Virus record (IMG/VR): IMGVR_UViG_3300022670_001029
Span: 1-28,704 of that record
Origin: a virus
Lineage: Duplodnaviria; Caudoviricetes
DNA: 28,704 bases
Reading direction: 5' to 3' (one strand)
Part shown: positions 8,912 to 17,858 of the stretch, piece by piece
Numbering within the stretch: the stretch's first letter is position 1
How the letters are laid out: the number at the start of each line of letters is the position of its first letter
The notes under the pieces: generated by a model
Told to the model about the DNA's origin: nothing
What the model saw: the letters and a program-made list of their open reading frames with translations, nothing else
Database searches by the model: none
Made by a program: the position numbers and the translations under genes

Positions 8912-9296
8912 TATCTTCCTCTACGAATACAATACCATCCCTCATCACTTTAAGTTTGTATTGCTCTGCCAATATTACCTCTCGCCCTGCGTTTATTCTA
9001 TCGTTGTCCTTTCCTGATTTCATTATCTCCTCAAATACCTTTATTGAGTTGTCTATTTTTTTAGTTATTTTTCCTGCACTAATCAGAATGCCCTCGTGAA
9101 ATGATTTGCTCATCTGAATTTTTATCTCTTTAATTATAACTGCCTTGTATCTTTTTGCAGTAGCCTGAGACATTTCCAACCCTTCCATAAATTCTTTAAC
9201 TGTTGGGTATCTGTTACTATTTTTCTGATAGTCATCCATCATACCTCGCATGTTTCTAAGTTTGTCTAGTTTAGCTTGAGTTGATATCCGGGCCAT
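8844..9296 (-). CDS. Terminase small subunit candidate (HTH)
   Basis: YPTVKEFMEGLEMSQATAKRY HTH followed by helices; immediately upstream of TerL and overlapping it by 68 nt. Confidence 0.65.
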   Translation of the reverse strand: MARISTQAKLDKLRNMRGMMDDYQKNSNRYPTVKEFMEGLEMSQATAKRYKAVIIKEIKIQMSKSFHEGILISAGKITKKIDNSIKVFEEIMKSGKDNDRINAGREVILAEQYKLKVMRDGIVFVEEDNDTVREDNQCIHGESKSEEQIK

Positions 9297-9307
9297 TGTA
9301 TAATTTT

Positions 9308-9349
9308 GGAATTATTTACCAAAAAGAACTATTATCTAAACTATTATCT
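9308..9349 (-). promoter_or_regulatory. Packaging-operon promoter region with direct repeats
   Basis: aactattatct at 9327 and 9339; ATARTTCY on minus strand at 9308-9315 and 9325-9332. Confidence 0.45.
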
Positions 9350-9371
9350 GATAAATCAATCACTTTACAAA

Positions 9372-10346
9372 TTAAGACTTTGCATATTCTATTAGTTCTG
9401 CAGGCAGATCAACTGTCTCATTACAGTTCTCACATTTAGCAGTCTTTACAATGTGTAGTAATCTTTCTTTGTATAATGGAATCTGACAGCTCCTGCACTT
9501 TGAGATATGTGATGTTGTTATTTTTTTATCACAGTCATAACATACAAAATCATTCACTCTCCAGGATCCACAACTGCATTGTATTCCTGTGTAATCAAAA
9601 TATATTGCAGTGTCCCTTGATATGGGTTTTAAAATATCTAACTGACTTTGTTTTCCACCCTTTTGAAATTTGGAGGCCTGCTTTAGTGTGAGAAATTTGT
9701 TCTGTTCTTGTAATAGTTTAAAATTATATTCCATGAATACCTGGGCGCACTTGTTTGTGTTTCCTAGTACTGTTGCCAGACTTTCAAGCAAAAATAATTC
9801 CGTGTTTTTTGGCACCTTTGTTTTATTATCTATTGCATTTTTACAATTATTAATTATTGTATGTCTCTGTCTGTAAAATTCATTCATGTCCTTTTTGCCA
9901 AATATATCTACAAATGAATTACACTCTTTTGATTTCTCAATCATAATCCTGCATATATTAATAACATCATAACATAGTAATATCATATCTTTGTTGGGAG
10001 TATTTATAGAACTATTATTTGATCCCTCTAAGGGATCAGGATTGTTTCTTGCCATAAATGAGTTGGTCCAGTTGTTTTTTTTCATCACTCTAAAATAATG
10101 ACTGCTAGTGTATCTGTAATCTTCTCTTGGCATAAACTCTTTGAACTGTTTTTCATATAGTTTGTCTTCAATATCTTTTCTGATTATAGTTGAGATTTGT
10201 GTTTTGGCTACTCCTTCTATTTCTAACTGTGATCCCATCTGAACCCACAATACTTCATTTGATGGAGGAATTACTGCAAGCTCATTTTCAATGACATTAT
10301 GTAACAAATTATGATAGTCCTTAGAGTGTAAAGTAGATTGACTCAA
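9372..10346 (-). CDS. Hypothetical protein with C-terminal double Zn ribbon
   Basis: CSC, CYDC, CRSC, CENC in last 70 aa; TTTTTAAA box at 10369-10376, 23-30 nt upstream of TTG. Confidence 0.75.
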   Translation of the reverse strand: MSQSTLHSKDYHNLLHNVIENELAVIPPSNEVLWVQMGSQLEIEGVAKTQISTIIRKDIEDKLYEKQFKEFMPREDYRYTSSHYFRVMKKNNWTNSFMARNNPDPLEGSNNSSINTPNKDMILLCYDVINICRIMIEKSKECNSFVDIFGKKDMNEFYRQRHTIINNCKNAIDNKTKVPKNTELFLLESLATVLGNTNKCAQVFMEYNFKLLQEQNKFLTLKQASKFQKGGKQSQLDILKPISRDTAIYFDYTGIQCSCGSWRVNDFVCYDCDKKITTSHISKCRSCQIPLYKERLLHIVKTAKCENCNETVDLPAELIEYAKS

Positions 10347-10441
10347 TGGTTTGTGTTAGTTGTTTTGATTTAAAAACGTTATTTTGTTAGTGAGAAAAAG
10401 AAAGTCATAAAATATCTACAAAGAGTATCAAATAAGATCAA

Positions 10442-11119
10442 TTAAAACTGAGTAATTTCTTTGTATAATCTTATCCTAGTTTGTAATTTATCTCGGTAAT
10501 TATCAGGGTTCTTGATAAATTCCATACTACCACCTTTCTCATCTGACACCAATATTACAATCTGTTCCACATGAATTCCAGTCAATTCTTCAAAAGCAAT
10601 CCCATAAAAAGTAGCCTGAATGAATGGATCTTCTAACCATTCCTCTCTTTGTGGTTTTCTCTTTGTTTTGTAATCAATAATTGATAATTTATTATCATAC
10701 TCTGCAATACAGTCTGCAGTTCCAGCTATACCTAATTTCTCACTGTACAAAACCAACTCAATCCCACGTATATTGTCAATCTTTTTTATGTACTTTTCCA
10801 ACTGTACATAATGGAAAGATACCATCTCCATATTCAAATCAGGATTCCTGTTATGTAGTGTTTCCTCTATCGCTTCATGTGTCTTACTGCCGTATATTTT
10901 TGCCAGCTCCATAATATGATATGCTGCATCCCCTTCTCTTTTCATCCAAGATTCAATATTTCCTTTACTAAAGTCACTCTTTGTCTTTCCCAAAATTGTA
11001 GTAATTGATGGTAATTTATCCCCTCTAGGAGTCTTGTAACATCTATAGTTCTTTTCATCTATTCTAACTGCTTCATCCAATGATACAGGAATAAAAGAAT
11101 ACAACACACTATCTCCCAA
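10442..11119 (-). CDS. PD-(D/E)xK exonuclease (lambda-exo/YqaJ-like superfamily)
   Basis: LPSITTILG, GSKTHEAIE, IELVLYS..GIAGTADCI, IIDYKT, QATFY. Confidence 0.9.
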   Translation of the reverse strand: MGDSVLYSFIPVSLDEAVRIDEKNYRCYKTPRGDKLPSITTILGKTKSDFSKGNIESWMKREGDAAYHIMELAKIYGSKTHEAIEETLHNRNPDLNMEMVSFHYVQLEKYIKKIDNIRGIELVLYSEKLGIAGTADCIAEYDNKLSIIDYKTKRKPQREEWLEDPFIQATFYGIAFEELTGIHVEQIVILVSDEKGGSMEFIKNPDNYRDKLQTRIRLYKEITQF

Positions 11120-11158
11120 TAGAAGATATTTAGAGATTATCTATTTACCTATTCACTA

Positions 11159-11427
11159 CTATGTGACCACTTTTTCTTATATGTCCTCTTTGTGACCTTT
11201 CCTTTAATCCTATGTGACTCTTATGACCTATATGCTAGAACCTATAAGCTATAGTTTTTTAATTTATTTATATATATATATATCATATAGGTCATAGGGG
11301 TGTAAGTATACATATACACATACGTCCTCCCCAAAACAGGTCACATTGGTCACATCGAACATATAGTCACAAAAACACCAAAAAATCATGTCACATACAG
11401 GACATATAGAAAAAACCGGTCACATAG
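11159..11427. other. Putative replication origin: opposed TGTGAC iterons around an AT-rich core
   Basis: TGTGAC-type copies at 11162, 11191, 11213, 11222 and reverse copies at 11290, 11339, 11348, 11366, 11390, 11418; perfect 13-bp inverted repeat 11222-11234/11284-11296; (TA)n tract; adjacent to mcm. Confidence 0.7.
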
Positions 11428-11442
11428 AAACGAATTTTAAAA

Positions 11443-13536
11443 TTACATAAAGGAATTCATATCACCAATATCTTTCTTGAAAGATAAAACTAGTGGTTTT
11501 CGTGATAGGATATGAATTCTAGGTGATTTTTTTAACTTTTGAATTACTACTCGCCATTTTTTATTATTTGATTGAGTAAAATTATCCCCAAGATCTAACA
11601 TGGTATCGGCTATTTCCCCTTCACTACCAGTATTTCTTAATTTTAAGAATAGACTATCCACTGCATACCCTTCCACTGGTCCATCATGTAAAATTTGCAT
11701 CACTCTATTAAACTGCCTGTTCAGGTATGTATCCTCCTCACTGACTGACACATTTTGCTGTTCCAACATGTTCCTCATGAGTGATAATGCCTTGTCTACA
11801 TCCTCAATGGTAACATCTTCTCTTTGATGTAATCGGGTTATAGCCAAAGTAGTCCTAATCATCGTATTAAGATGACGAGGGGAAATCCCTGCCTGTTTTG
11901 CGTTTGTATCCTTTCGTAAATTCAGGTAAACTTTACATAAATACTGGTTTATCTCTCCATTTTTTACTAGTTTTGGCTTGAATTTTTGCACATATTTGAT
12001 ATACTTGTACAAAAATTCAGCAGGATAAGGAGCCTCTTCAGTAACATATTGAGCCCCATTAATAATGGTATCAGCAATTAACCCGTCAAACTTTTCATCA
12101 AACTTATCTAACACAATCCAGTGATAGTCAAACCTTTGCAGTTCTGCTGCAGTCATGTTCAAATTAACATTCAAATTTGCTATCTCATCCCATTCTCCCT
12201 CAAAGGCATTTCCTGTAGCGTATAGCGAGGCATTTGCAATCACCTTTGCCTGATGTCCAGACTTTGAGATACTAGCCACACTTGATTCAAGCGTAGTCAT
12301 CAATTCTTTTTTTACCTCACTATCTGCCCGAATAAACTCATCCATAATTACAGTACCGTTCCTACAGTACACAAAAGCCCCTGCGTGCAGTGATTTGCCC
12401 CCTCCCTGTAAATTATCCTCCAGTCCCAACAGCAGCCCTTTGGCAGTAGCCCCGTTGGAATGAACAAGTTTTGTATTTGGGAAACTGTTATCAATCCATT
12501 CCCCCAGCTTACTTTTGGCAACCCCCGCATGTCCCCACACCCCAATATGGATATTACCTCTCACCTGCGTATTTCCCTGTGTCCTGTCAGGGGATCTGGT
12601 CTGTTGCAGTAAAATAGATTCCTTTACATCACTTAATCCTAATACTGAGGGTGCGATGCTGTTAATCATTTTCTTGTAAAAGTCATCCTCATGTATCATC
12701 TTTTCAAAAAGGGTAACATCCTCATCCGTTATTTTATAATCTATCTCATCAATCTTTTTGAGCCAGCTGCACACCACCTTATTTTTATACTGGATAGTTC
12801 CCTGTTTTTTGTTCTCAAAGAGTTTGGTCTTTACATATCCTGTGACCTGTACATTCTCCCCTATTTGTGCAACATCCACTATATCATTTGATAGTAATAT
12901 GGGCAACTCATCCTCAGACAAGGAAAAATCCTCGTTTGACTTTAGTGTGATAATTCTATACTGCTCAAAATCTCCTGGTTCTGTTTTTTTCTCAAAGTCC
13001 CTGTGTTTGCATGTCTTGTTGTTACACAATACTGGTATCTTTAATTCTGTGTCCATCTCCTGTCTTATCTTGGTGAGATGTTCATCAGGACACACAAAAC
13101 TCACTACACTGGGGAAATTGAATTTTGATGACTTTGATATTATCATTCCCTTTACTGTGACCATTTTTTCAATTAATTTATTCCCCAGTATATCACCAAT
13201 CTCTGAGTGTACCATTACCTCATCGACATGCACAAAGATGTCTTTTTTTTCCCCTGCGTGACATGCAGAGAACATCTCACCTGCAGCCCTTGCCGCTCCC
13301 TTTAGGAATCTTTTGGGCTCGTTACATAAAACATCATACATATCAGATGACCTCTCATATGAGGAGCCAAAAATATCCTCAACGTGTAATATTATACTGT
13401 TAGTTGTACAACGAGTAATTATATCGGCATATTTGTAGCAGGAATTTTTGTCCTTGTATGTTGTAAAGAAATCCTTTACAAGGTCACATAGTGCACTGTC
13501 AGTGTATGTAGTTTGATTTATCTCACTCTTCATCAT
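11443..13536 (-). CDS. mcm: MCM replicative helicase
   Basis: Zn finger CPDEH..CNNKTC; RGNIHIGVWGHAGVAKS; GTVIMDEF; ASISKSG; ELQRFD; ISPRHL; start reassigned to ATG 13536/13533 after GAGGTGGA. Confidence 0.95.
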   Translation of the reverse strand: MMKSEINQTTYTDSALCDLVKDFFTTYKDKNSCYKYADIITRCTTNSIILHVEDIFGSSYERSSDMYDVLCNEPKRFLKGAARAAGEMFSACHAGEKKDIFVHVDEVMVHSEIGDILGNKLIEKMVTVKGMIISKSSKFNFPSVVSFVCPDEHLTKIRQEMDTELKIPVLCNNKTCKHRDFEKKTEPGDFEQYRIITLKSNEDFSLSEDELPILLSNDIVDVAQIGENVQVTGYVKTKLFENKKQGTIQYKNKVVCSWLKKIDEIDYKITDEDVTLFEKMIHEDDFYKKMINSIAPSVLGLSDVKESILLQQTRSPDRTQGNTQVRGNIHIGVWGHAGVAKSKLGEWIDNSFPNTKLVHSNGATAKGLLLGLEDNLQGGGKSLHAGAFVYCRNGTVIMDEFIRADSEVKKELMTTLESSVASISKSGHQAKVIANASLYATGNAFEGEWDEIANLNVNLNMTAAELQRFDYHWIVLDKFDEKFDGLIADTIINGAQYVTEEAPYPAEFLYKYIKYVQKFKPKLVKNGEINQYLCKVYLNLRKDTNAKQAGISPRHLNTMIRTTLAITRLHQREDVTIEDVDKALSLMRNMLEQQNVSVSEEDTYLNRQFNRVMQILHDGPVEGYAVDSLFLKLRNTGSEGEIADTMLDLGDNFTQSNNKKWRVVIQKLKKSPRIHILSRKPLVLSFKKDIGDMNSFM

Positions 13537-13813
13537 TCCACCTCTTGTTTGAAACTTTGTTTTCCTCATCATACAGAATAGTACAGATAAACCATACATT
13601 CTCACACATTGATTTTGGAATCCAAAATATTTCTGGTCCGTACATTATTTTATCATCTTCATTATTATCATCCGATAGTACTGTGACAGTTCCATTCACG
13701 GCTTTTTCAGTTTCTTTATGCACCTCTATGGTACATGTAATGGGCACCCATCTGTATCCTCTATGCATCATACCTTCAGATGTAATTACCTCCAGTATTT
13801 CCTTGCCAGTCAA
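13523..13813 (-). CDS. Small phage protein with ETEKA...WIPKS motif
   Basis: HKETEKAV and FWIPKSM; overlaps both neighbours. Confidence 0.65.
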   Translation of the reverse strand: MTGKEILEVITSEGMMHRGYRWVPITCTIEVHKETEKAVNGTVTVLSDDNNEDDKIMYGPEIFWIPKSMCENVWFICTILYDEENKVSNKRWNDEE

Positions 13814-15501
13814 TTACTCTCCTCCATGCATAGCATATCCCGATATGATTCAGGTATCATGGAATAATTACGTTGCAGTACAATCTCTATTTTTTTATCA
13901 AGTGAATACAACGTGGAATAGTCATTTTCTGCTCTGACACATCTTCCCATTCCCTGCAGAATTTTAGTCAGCGTCTTGTAGGAATACCATGATTTGTCCT
14001 GTGTGGTTTTCTTTTTAATCCGCACATCACCCAAAAATGGAAACGGACATTTCTCCAAAATACAAAATCGTGCCAGGTCATCCTTTAGATCCACACCCTC
14101 CCACATGGAGGATGATAACAATACGGTATTTTCTGATGTATAATGCCTTTTCATGGACTGTACAATGGTGGTACCGTCCTGGTTTTTAGAGTGACCCTCA
14201 ATTATTCTATATTTGAGATTCTCTTCAATATTGTTAACGATGAAATTACATCTCTCCTTTGAGCTTGTAAGGATTAACCCTTTTTGATCATTATGGTGGT
14301 TCATTATATTTTCAATCTCATGTACCATGGCGAGATGATCCTCAAAAGTGGAATGTTTACTGCTAATTTCTCTAATGTTTGAGAATATCACCTTTCTATT
14401 AGGTAGAGGAAACGGGGATTTTTTAATCTCAAGAAATGCCATATCACTCTCATCAAATCCTAAAAGTTTTGAGAAATATTTTTTGTCTATGGTGGCTGAC
14501 ATAAAAAATTGTTTAGGAGACGTAAAGAACTTTTTTGCGTAGCGGGATATATCCAGCGGAGTTATTTTTAATTTTACAAAGTTATCATCATTATCAAAAT
14601 GTATAGAGAACACAAAGTTCTCCTTATATGACAACAACTCCCCATAAACAAACGAGCATTTGTCATAGAATTTTTGGAGTGGTTTGTATTGTAGTAGTTT
14701 GTTATGGTATACCCCATTCTCCATATCCCTTAGAATACCCGAGCACCGTCTTCTGATGGAGTCTAAAATATCTGCGATATCATCTATGTCATTAATCTCA
14801 TTTTTCTTTATGAAAAATGAAATGTTCTCAAGGATTTTTTTCCCTATTTCTATTGATACAAAATTTAATATCTGGTCTTCCAACTCATGTGCCTCGTCAT
14901 ATATGATACACTTTCTGAACATTCCAACCAATGGAACTGGCAGCATTCTTAGCTGAAAGTATAACGGGTAATTCAGTATTGCCAGGTCTTCTGATAACCC
15001 ATAGTCTCTTTGGGAATAATAATCACATGTACCACTTGTTTTATACCTGCATGTCTCATCTGCGTTCCCCTCTTTTTTTGTACACGGTCCCAAATCGCAT
15101 GTGAGGTGGTTCTTTGTGTAGTGTTGTAGGGAATGACGTGGAGAGTCAAGGAACTCATCTAGGCCTGTACTAGCATTATTACTAGTATCATTACTGGTCT
15201 CATCTGTTGATTTAATATCAATTAAATAGTCACATTTGAAATTATTCTTCCCCTTGATAACTGCAACATCCGGAAAGGACTGTTTGTACTGATCCTGTAA
15301 ATTTTTAGTGGCAGTAAGAACAAACGAGGAATCATAATACTTTCCCAACGCATATGCAATGGGACTCTTTCCACTTCCTGTCGGCATGCACAATATTATC
15401 TTCTCATAACTGTTCTCCATCTCTGCAATCCTTTTTAGAATCTCTGTCTGTTGCGGTCTTGGGGTAAATCCTTTGGGAAAATAATCTAGTATTTTAGTCA
15501 A
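13810..15501 (-). CDS. DinG/XPD/Rad3-family SF2 helicase with Cys cluster (probable Fe-S)
   Basis: PRPQQ, MPTGSGKS, KGKNNFKC, DEAH, MSAT, WEGVD, QGMGRCVR; start reassigned to TTG 15501 (TTGA overlap, GAGGGAG upstream). Confidence 0.92.
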   Translation of the reverse strand: MTKILDYFPKGFTPRPQQTEILKRIAEMENSYEKIILCMPTGSGKSPIAYALGKYYDSSFVLTATKNLQDQYKQSFPDVAVIKGKNNFKCDYLIDIKSTDETSNDTSNNASTGLDEFLDSPRHSLQHYTKNHLTCDLGPCTKKEGNADETCRYKTSGTCDYYSQRDYGLSEDLAILNYPLYFQLRMLPVPLVGMFRKCIIYDEAHELEDQILNFVSIEIGKKILENISFFIKKNEINDIDDIADILDSIRRRCSGILRDMENGVYHNKLLQYKPLQKFYDKCSFVYGELLSYKENFVFSIHFDNDDNFVKLKITPLDISRYAKKFFTSPKQFFMSATIDKKYFSKLLGFDESDMAFLEIKKSPFPLPNRKVIFSNIREISSKHSTFEDHLAMVHEIENIMNHHNDQKGLILTSSKERCNFIVNNIEENLKYRIIEGHSKNQDGTTIVQSMKRHYTSENTVLLSSSMWEGVDLKDDLARFCILEKCPFPFLGDVRIKKKTTQDKSWYSYKTLTKILQGMGRCVRAENDYSTLYSLDKKIEIVLQRNYSMIPESYRDMLCMEESN

Positions 15502-15698
15502 ATTTTCTCCCTCAGTTTTATCCTGTACGCTTTCGCACGCGGCTTTGTTCTTAATTTGTATCCGCAGCACGGACAGAAAATTCCGTCATATAATATGAAA
15601 ATTTCACATATTTGACATCGCTTTTGACCGTTTCTGTACCGTCCTCCAGTGATTTTACCAGTTGACTTTAGTCTCTCACATATTCCTTTACAGGTCAT
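15498..15698 (-). CDS. Thaumarchaeal-type small Zn-binding protein
   Basis: MTCKGIC...GRY..GQKRCQICEIFI..DG..CPCCGYKLRTKPR, a pattern I recall from Nitrosopumilus-group genomes. Confidence 0.8.
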   Translation of the reverse strand: MTCKGICERLKSTGKITGGRYRNGQKRCQICEIFILYDGIFCPCCGYKLRTKPRAKAYRIKLREKI

Positions 15699-15700
15699 TA

Positions 15701-16231
15701 CTATTCTCCCTTTTTCCTGTATATGATCCAGACATTATCATACGTAGGGCTTGATTTGTGTACTGTACCACCACAATTTTTACATAGAGTAATTTCCTCA
15801 ACCCATCTTATCTTGCATTTTTTACAGTATCTCGGCTCTATTCCATGTAACAAAAACCTGATCCTCCCCTTTTGAAAATGAACCTCTCCTTTGTTCTCTA
15901 CATATTCATGCCACCATTTTACACTAGTCTTTGCAAATACCAGGATTAACGCATTAACATTATACTGTACATGCTGCTCGTATGCTTTTTTCATCCATAG
16001 ATTAATTTCACTGTATGGAGGATTCATAAAAAAATCCTCAGTCCATTCTTGATTTAAGGCATTGACGGTAGGAGAAAAGTATTTTACAAATTTTTTATTC
16101 TCAAAACTTGCACAGACATCTATTACTGGATGAATGTCATACTTTATCATGGCCTCCTTTAATTTATCAGGTGGAGTTCCCCACTCATCGTTTACATTCA
16201 CAACTGTTTGGTGTGTTTGTGCTTTGGTCAT
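15701..16231 (-). CDS. Phage-type DNA N6-adenine methyltransferase (Dam family)
   Basis: DEWGTP, DVCAS, NAL..W, FMNPPYS, KGRIRF; inserted CKKC..CKNC. Confidence 0.88.
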   Translation of the reverse strand: MTKAQTHQTVVNVNDEWGTPPDKLKEAMIKYDIHPVIDVCASFENKKFVKYFSPTVNALNQEWTEDFFMNPPYSEINLWMKKAYEQHVQYNVNALILVFAKTSVKWWHEYVENKGEVHFQKGRIRFLLHGIEPRYCKKCKIRWVEEITLCKNCGGTVHKSSPTYDNVWIIYRKKGE

Positions 16232-16551
16232 ACTATAACCAGTTCCTCTTCTTGTGTTTCAGATGAAATAGTAAAATTACCTTGAGATGAATCCAGTTGT
16301 ACTACATTACTCATCCCACCATATCCAGGATCTATCTTTTGTTTTGGAGTCTGCGATGAATCGTGATGGCATACTTTTTTACATACTGGACAGTTTTTCC
16401 TATCCCAAGTGATACATTGACATATATAATTTTTCAGGTATTCATCAGCTAAAATATTATGTTCACTTGTACCATTACAATACGTACAGTTTTCATTAAA
16501 CATGTTTTTTCCAGTACCAAAACATACTGAGCATTCACCAAGATCACTCAA
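16228..16551 (-). CDS. Cys-rich Zn-finger protein (CxxCxGxG)
   Basis: CSVCFGTG, CTYCNGT, CQC, CPVC..CHH. Confidence 0.7.
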   Translation of the reverse strand: MSDLGECSVCFGTGKNMFNENCTYCNGTSEHNILADEYLKNYICQCITWDRKNCPVCKKVCHHDSSQTPKQKIDPGYGGMSNVVQLDSSQGNFTISSETQEEELVIV

Positions 16552-16838
16552 TTTGAAATCTCTCCTTTGTTATTAATTGTAATTTCAATTGCTAGTCTAT
16601 CACCAACCATAATTTTTGATGTTCTGTATTGTTCCAACGATACAAGAAAGCTAGTCTTGTGAGTCTTTGCATCCTCCATGAACATTTTCTTAAATGCGTC
16701 TTTCATATCCCGTGGACTATTCACAATAATTGGCTCAGTTGGTCGTAAACTTACATTATTTCTAACTACAATAACTACTGATGGCGTGGGATATTCTGGA
16801 TGATAGTATGCAGCTTCAACAAAAAACTCTACTTTCAA
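16548..16838 (-). CDS. Hypothetical protein
   Basis: Start reassigned to TTG 16838 overlapping the hjc stop (TTGA). Confidence 0.55.
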   Translation of the reverse strand: MKVEFFVEAAYYHPEYPTPSVVIVVRNNVSLRPTEPIIVNSPRDMKDAFKKMFMEDAKTHKTSFLVSLEQYRTSKIMVGDRLAIEITINNKGEISN

Positions 16839-17296
16839 AATACAAAATCCTCCCACTCTTGTTTTACCCAAGTACCCATAATTCTCATCCAAATATTTCC
16901 GTCATAATCTATCCTCACCTCAGACGCATCAACCTCATTATGTGGAAAAACTCTGTAAAAATATCTTAATTTTCTTCCAGGAGATTGTCCAAACTTTATT
17001 GCAATTAATACAAATTTTGTTTTGTATGCTCCAAACAGGTTAACCCAATCAATGCATCTTTCAATCTGATCTTGGGGAACATATGCATATTTTTGAACAG
17101 TTGACTTTGCCTCTATTGCTGTGATTTTATTCCACATATTGTTAACTGCCATTACATCTGGAAGTTTTGTAGATGGTGAACCAAGTCTTACTGCATCCCA
17201 GCACGCAACTGTTTGAAATTTTTTTACTATTCCACTTTCAAAGGAATACCCTCTCTGTCTTCTTATTGTGTTTATTTTTTTATTATTTTTTTTCAT
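16835..17296 (-). CDS. hjc: Archaeal Holliday junction resolvase
   Basis: RGYSFE, VRLGSPS..LPDVMA, AIEAKST. Confidence 0.85.
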   Translation of the reverse strand: MKKNNKKINTIRRQRGYSFESGIVKKFQTVACWDAVRLGSPSTKLPDVMAVNNMWNKITAIEAKSTVQKYAYVPQDQIERCIDWVNLFGAYKTKFVLIAIKFGQSPGRKLRYFYRVFPHNEVDASEVRIDYDGNIWMRIMGTWVKQEWEDFVF

Positions 17297-17344
17297 GTTT
17301 TTCTCCTATTCTAATCAATTTTACATCTAGATCAAGGATGTTTT

Positions 17345-17364
17345 AAAAAAAAGGGGATCCCCTT
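17345..17364 (-). terminator. Palindrome plus T8 tract, terminator-like
   Basis: Perfect palindrome AAGGGGATCCCCTT 17351-17364 running into T8 on minus strand, just after the 17379 stop. Confidence 0.5.
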
Positions 17365-17378
17365 CCAGGGTATACACA

Positions 17379-17702
17379 CTATGTGTCCTCTAAAACCCAA
17401 TAGTCTTTTCCGCCGCCCTTGGCTTTGGTCAGTACACATTTTACAGGACCTATTGTTTTCCCACCTTTGAGATCCTCCCTTAGCTTTGGATTGCTTAACG
17501 TATCCAATAGGGCCTTTCTGCCGGTGTAGAATTTTGTGTACTCTGTTTCATCAACTGTGATGGGTTTCTTTACACTAATGATTATAGATGGTGTACCGTC
17601 ATAACTGGAATCCTCTACCCCAATAATTGTAAAGGGTTCGGCTCCTATTCTTGCCAGTCCTATTGCATCTCCTGTTGTTTGGTAATCGCTTAACTTGCTC
17701 AT
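17379..17702 (-). CDS. Hypothetical beta-rich protein, possible OB-fold SSB
   Basis: FTIIGVE, FYTGRKAL, PVKCVLTKAKGGGKDYWVL pattern loosely like phage SSBs; replication context. Confidence 0.4.
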   Translation of the reverse strand: MSKLSDYQTTGDAIGLARIGAEPFTIIGVEDSSYDGTPSIIISVKKPITVDETEYTKFYTGRKALLDTLSNPKLREDLKGGKTIGPVKCVLTKAKGGGKDYWVLEDT

Positions 17703-17857
17703 TTACTCACCTCCGCTAATCTTAGATTAGTGAAAATTTCACACATTTCAAATTCTTTTTTACAATCATCATTCACGCAAACAAGAATTGGATTCACATT
17801 GCTTTTTCTAGATAGTGTACCACCACACTCTATACACTTTGCAGGAATGAAACTCAT
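17699..17857 (-). CDS. Zn-ribbon microprotein
   Basis: MSFIPAKCIECGG...CVNDDC; start reassigned to ATG 17857. Confidence 0.6.
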   Translation of the reverse strand: MSFIPAKCIECGGTLSRKSNVNPILVCVNDDCKKEFEMCEIFTNLRLAEVSK

Positions 17858-17858
17858 A

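Noticed and set aside
10442-11119. Cas4
   Set aside because: Lacks the four-Cys Fe-S motif; no cas genes or array
11443-13605. Intein in MCM or terminase
   Set aside because: Motif spacing normal; no intein terminal or LAGLIDADG blocks seen
1162-14956. Numerous plus-strand ORFs in the track
   Set aside because: Antisense to well-supported minus-strand genes, no motifs
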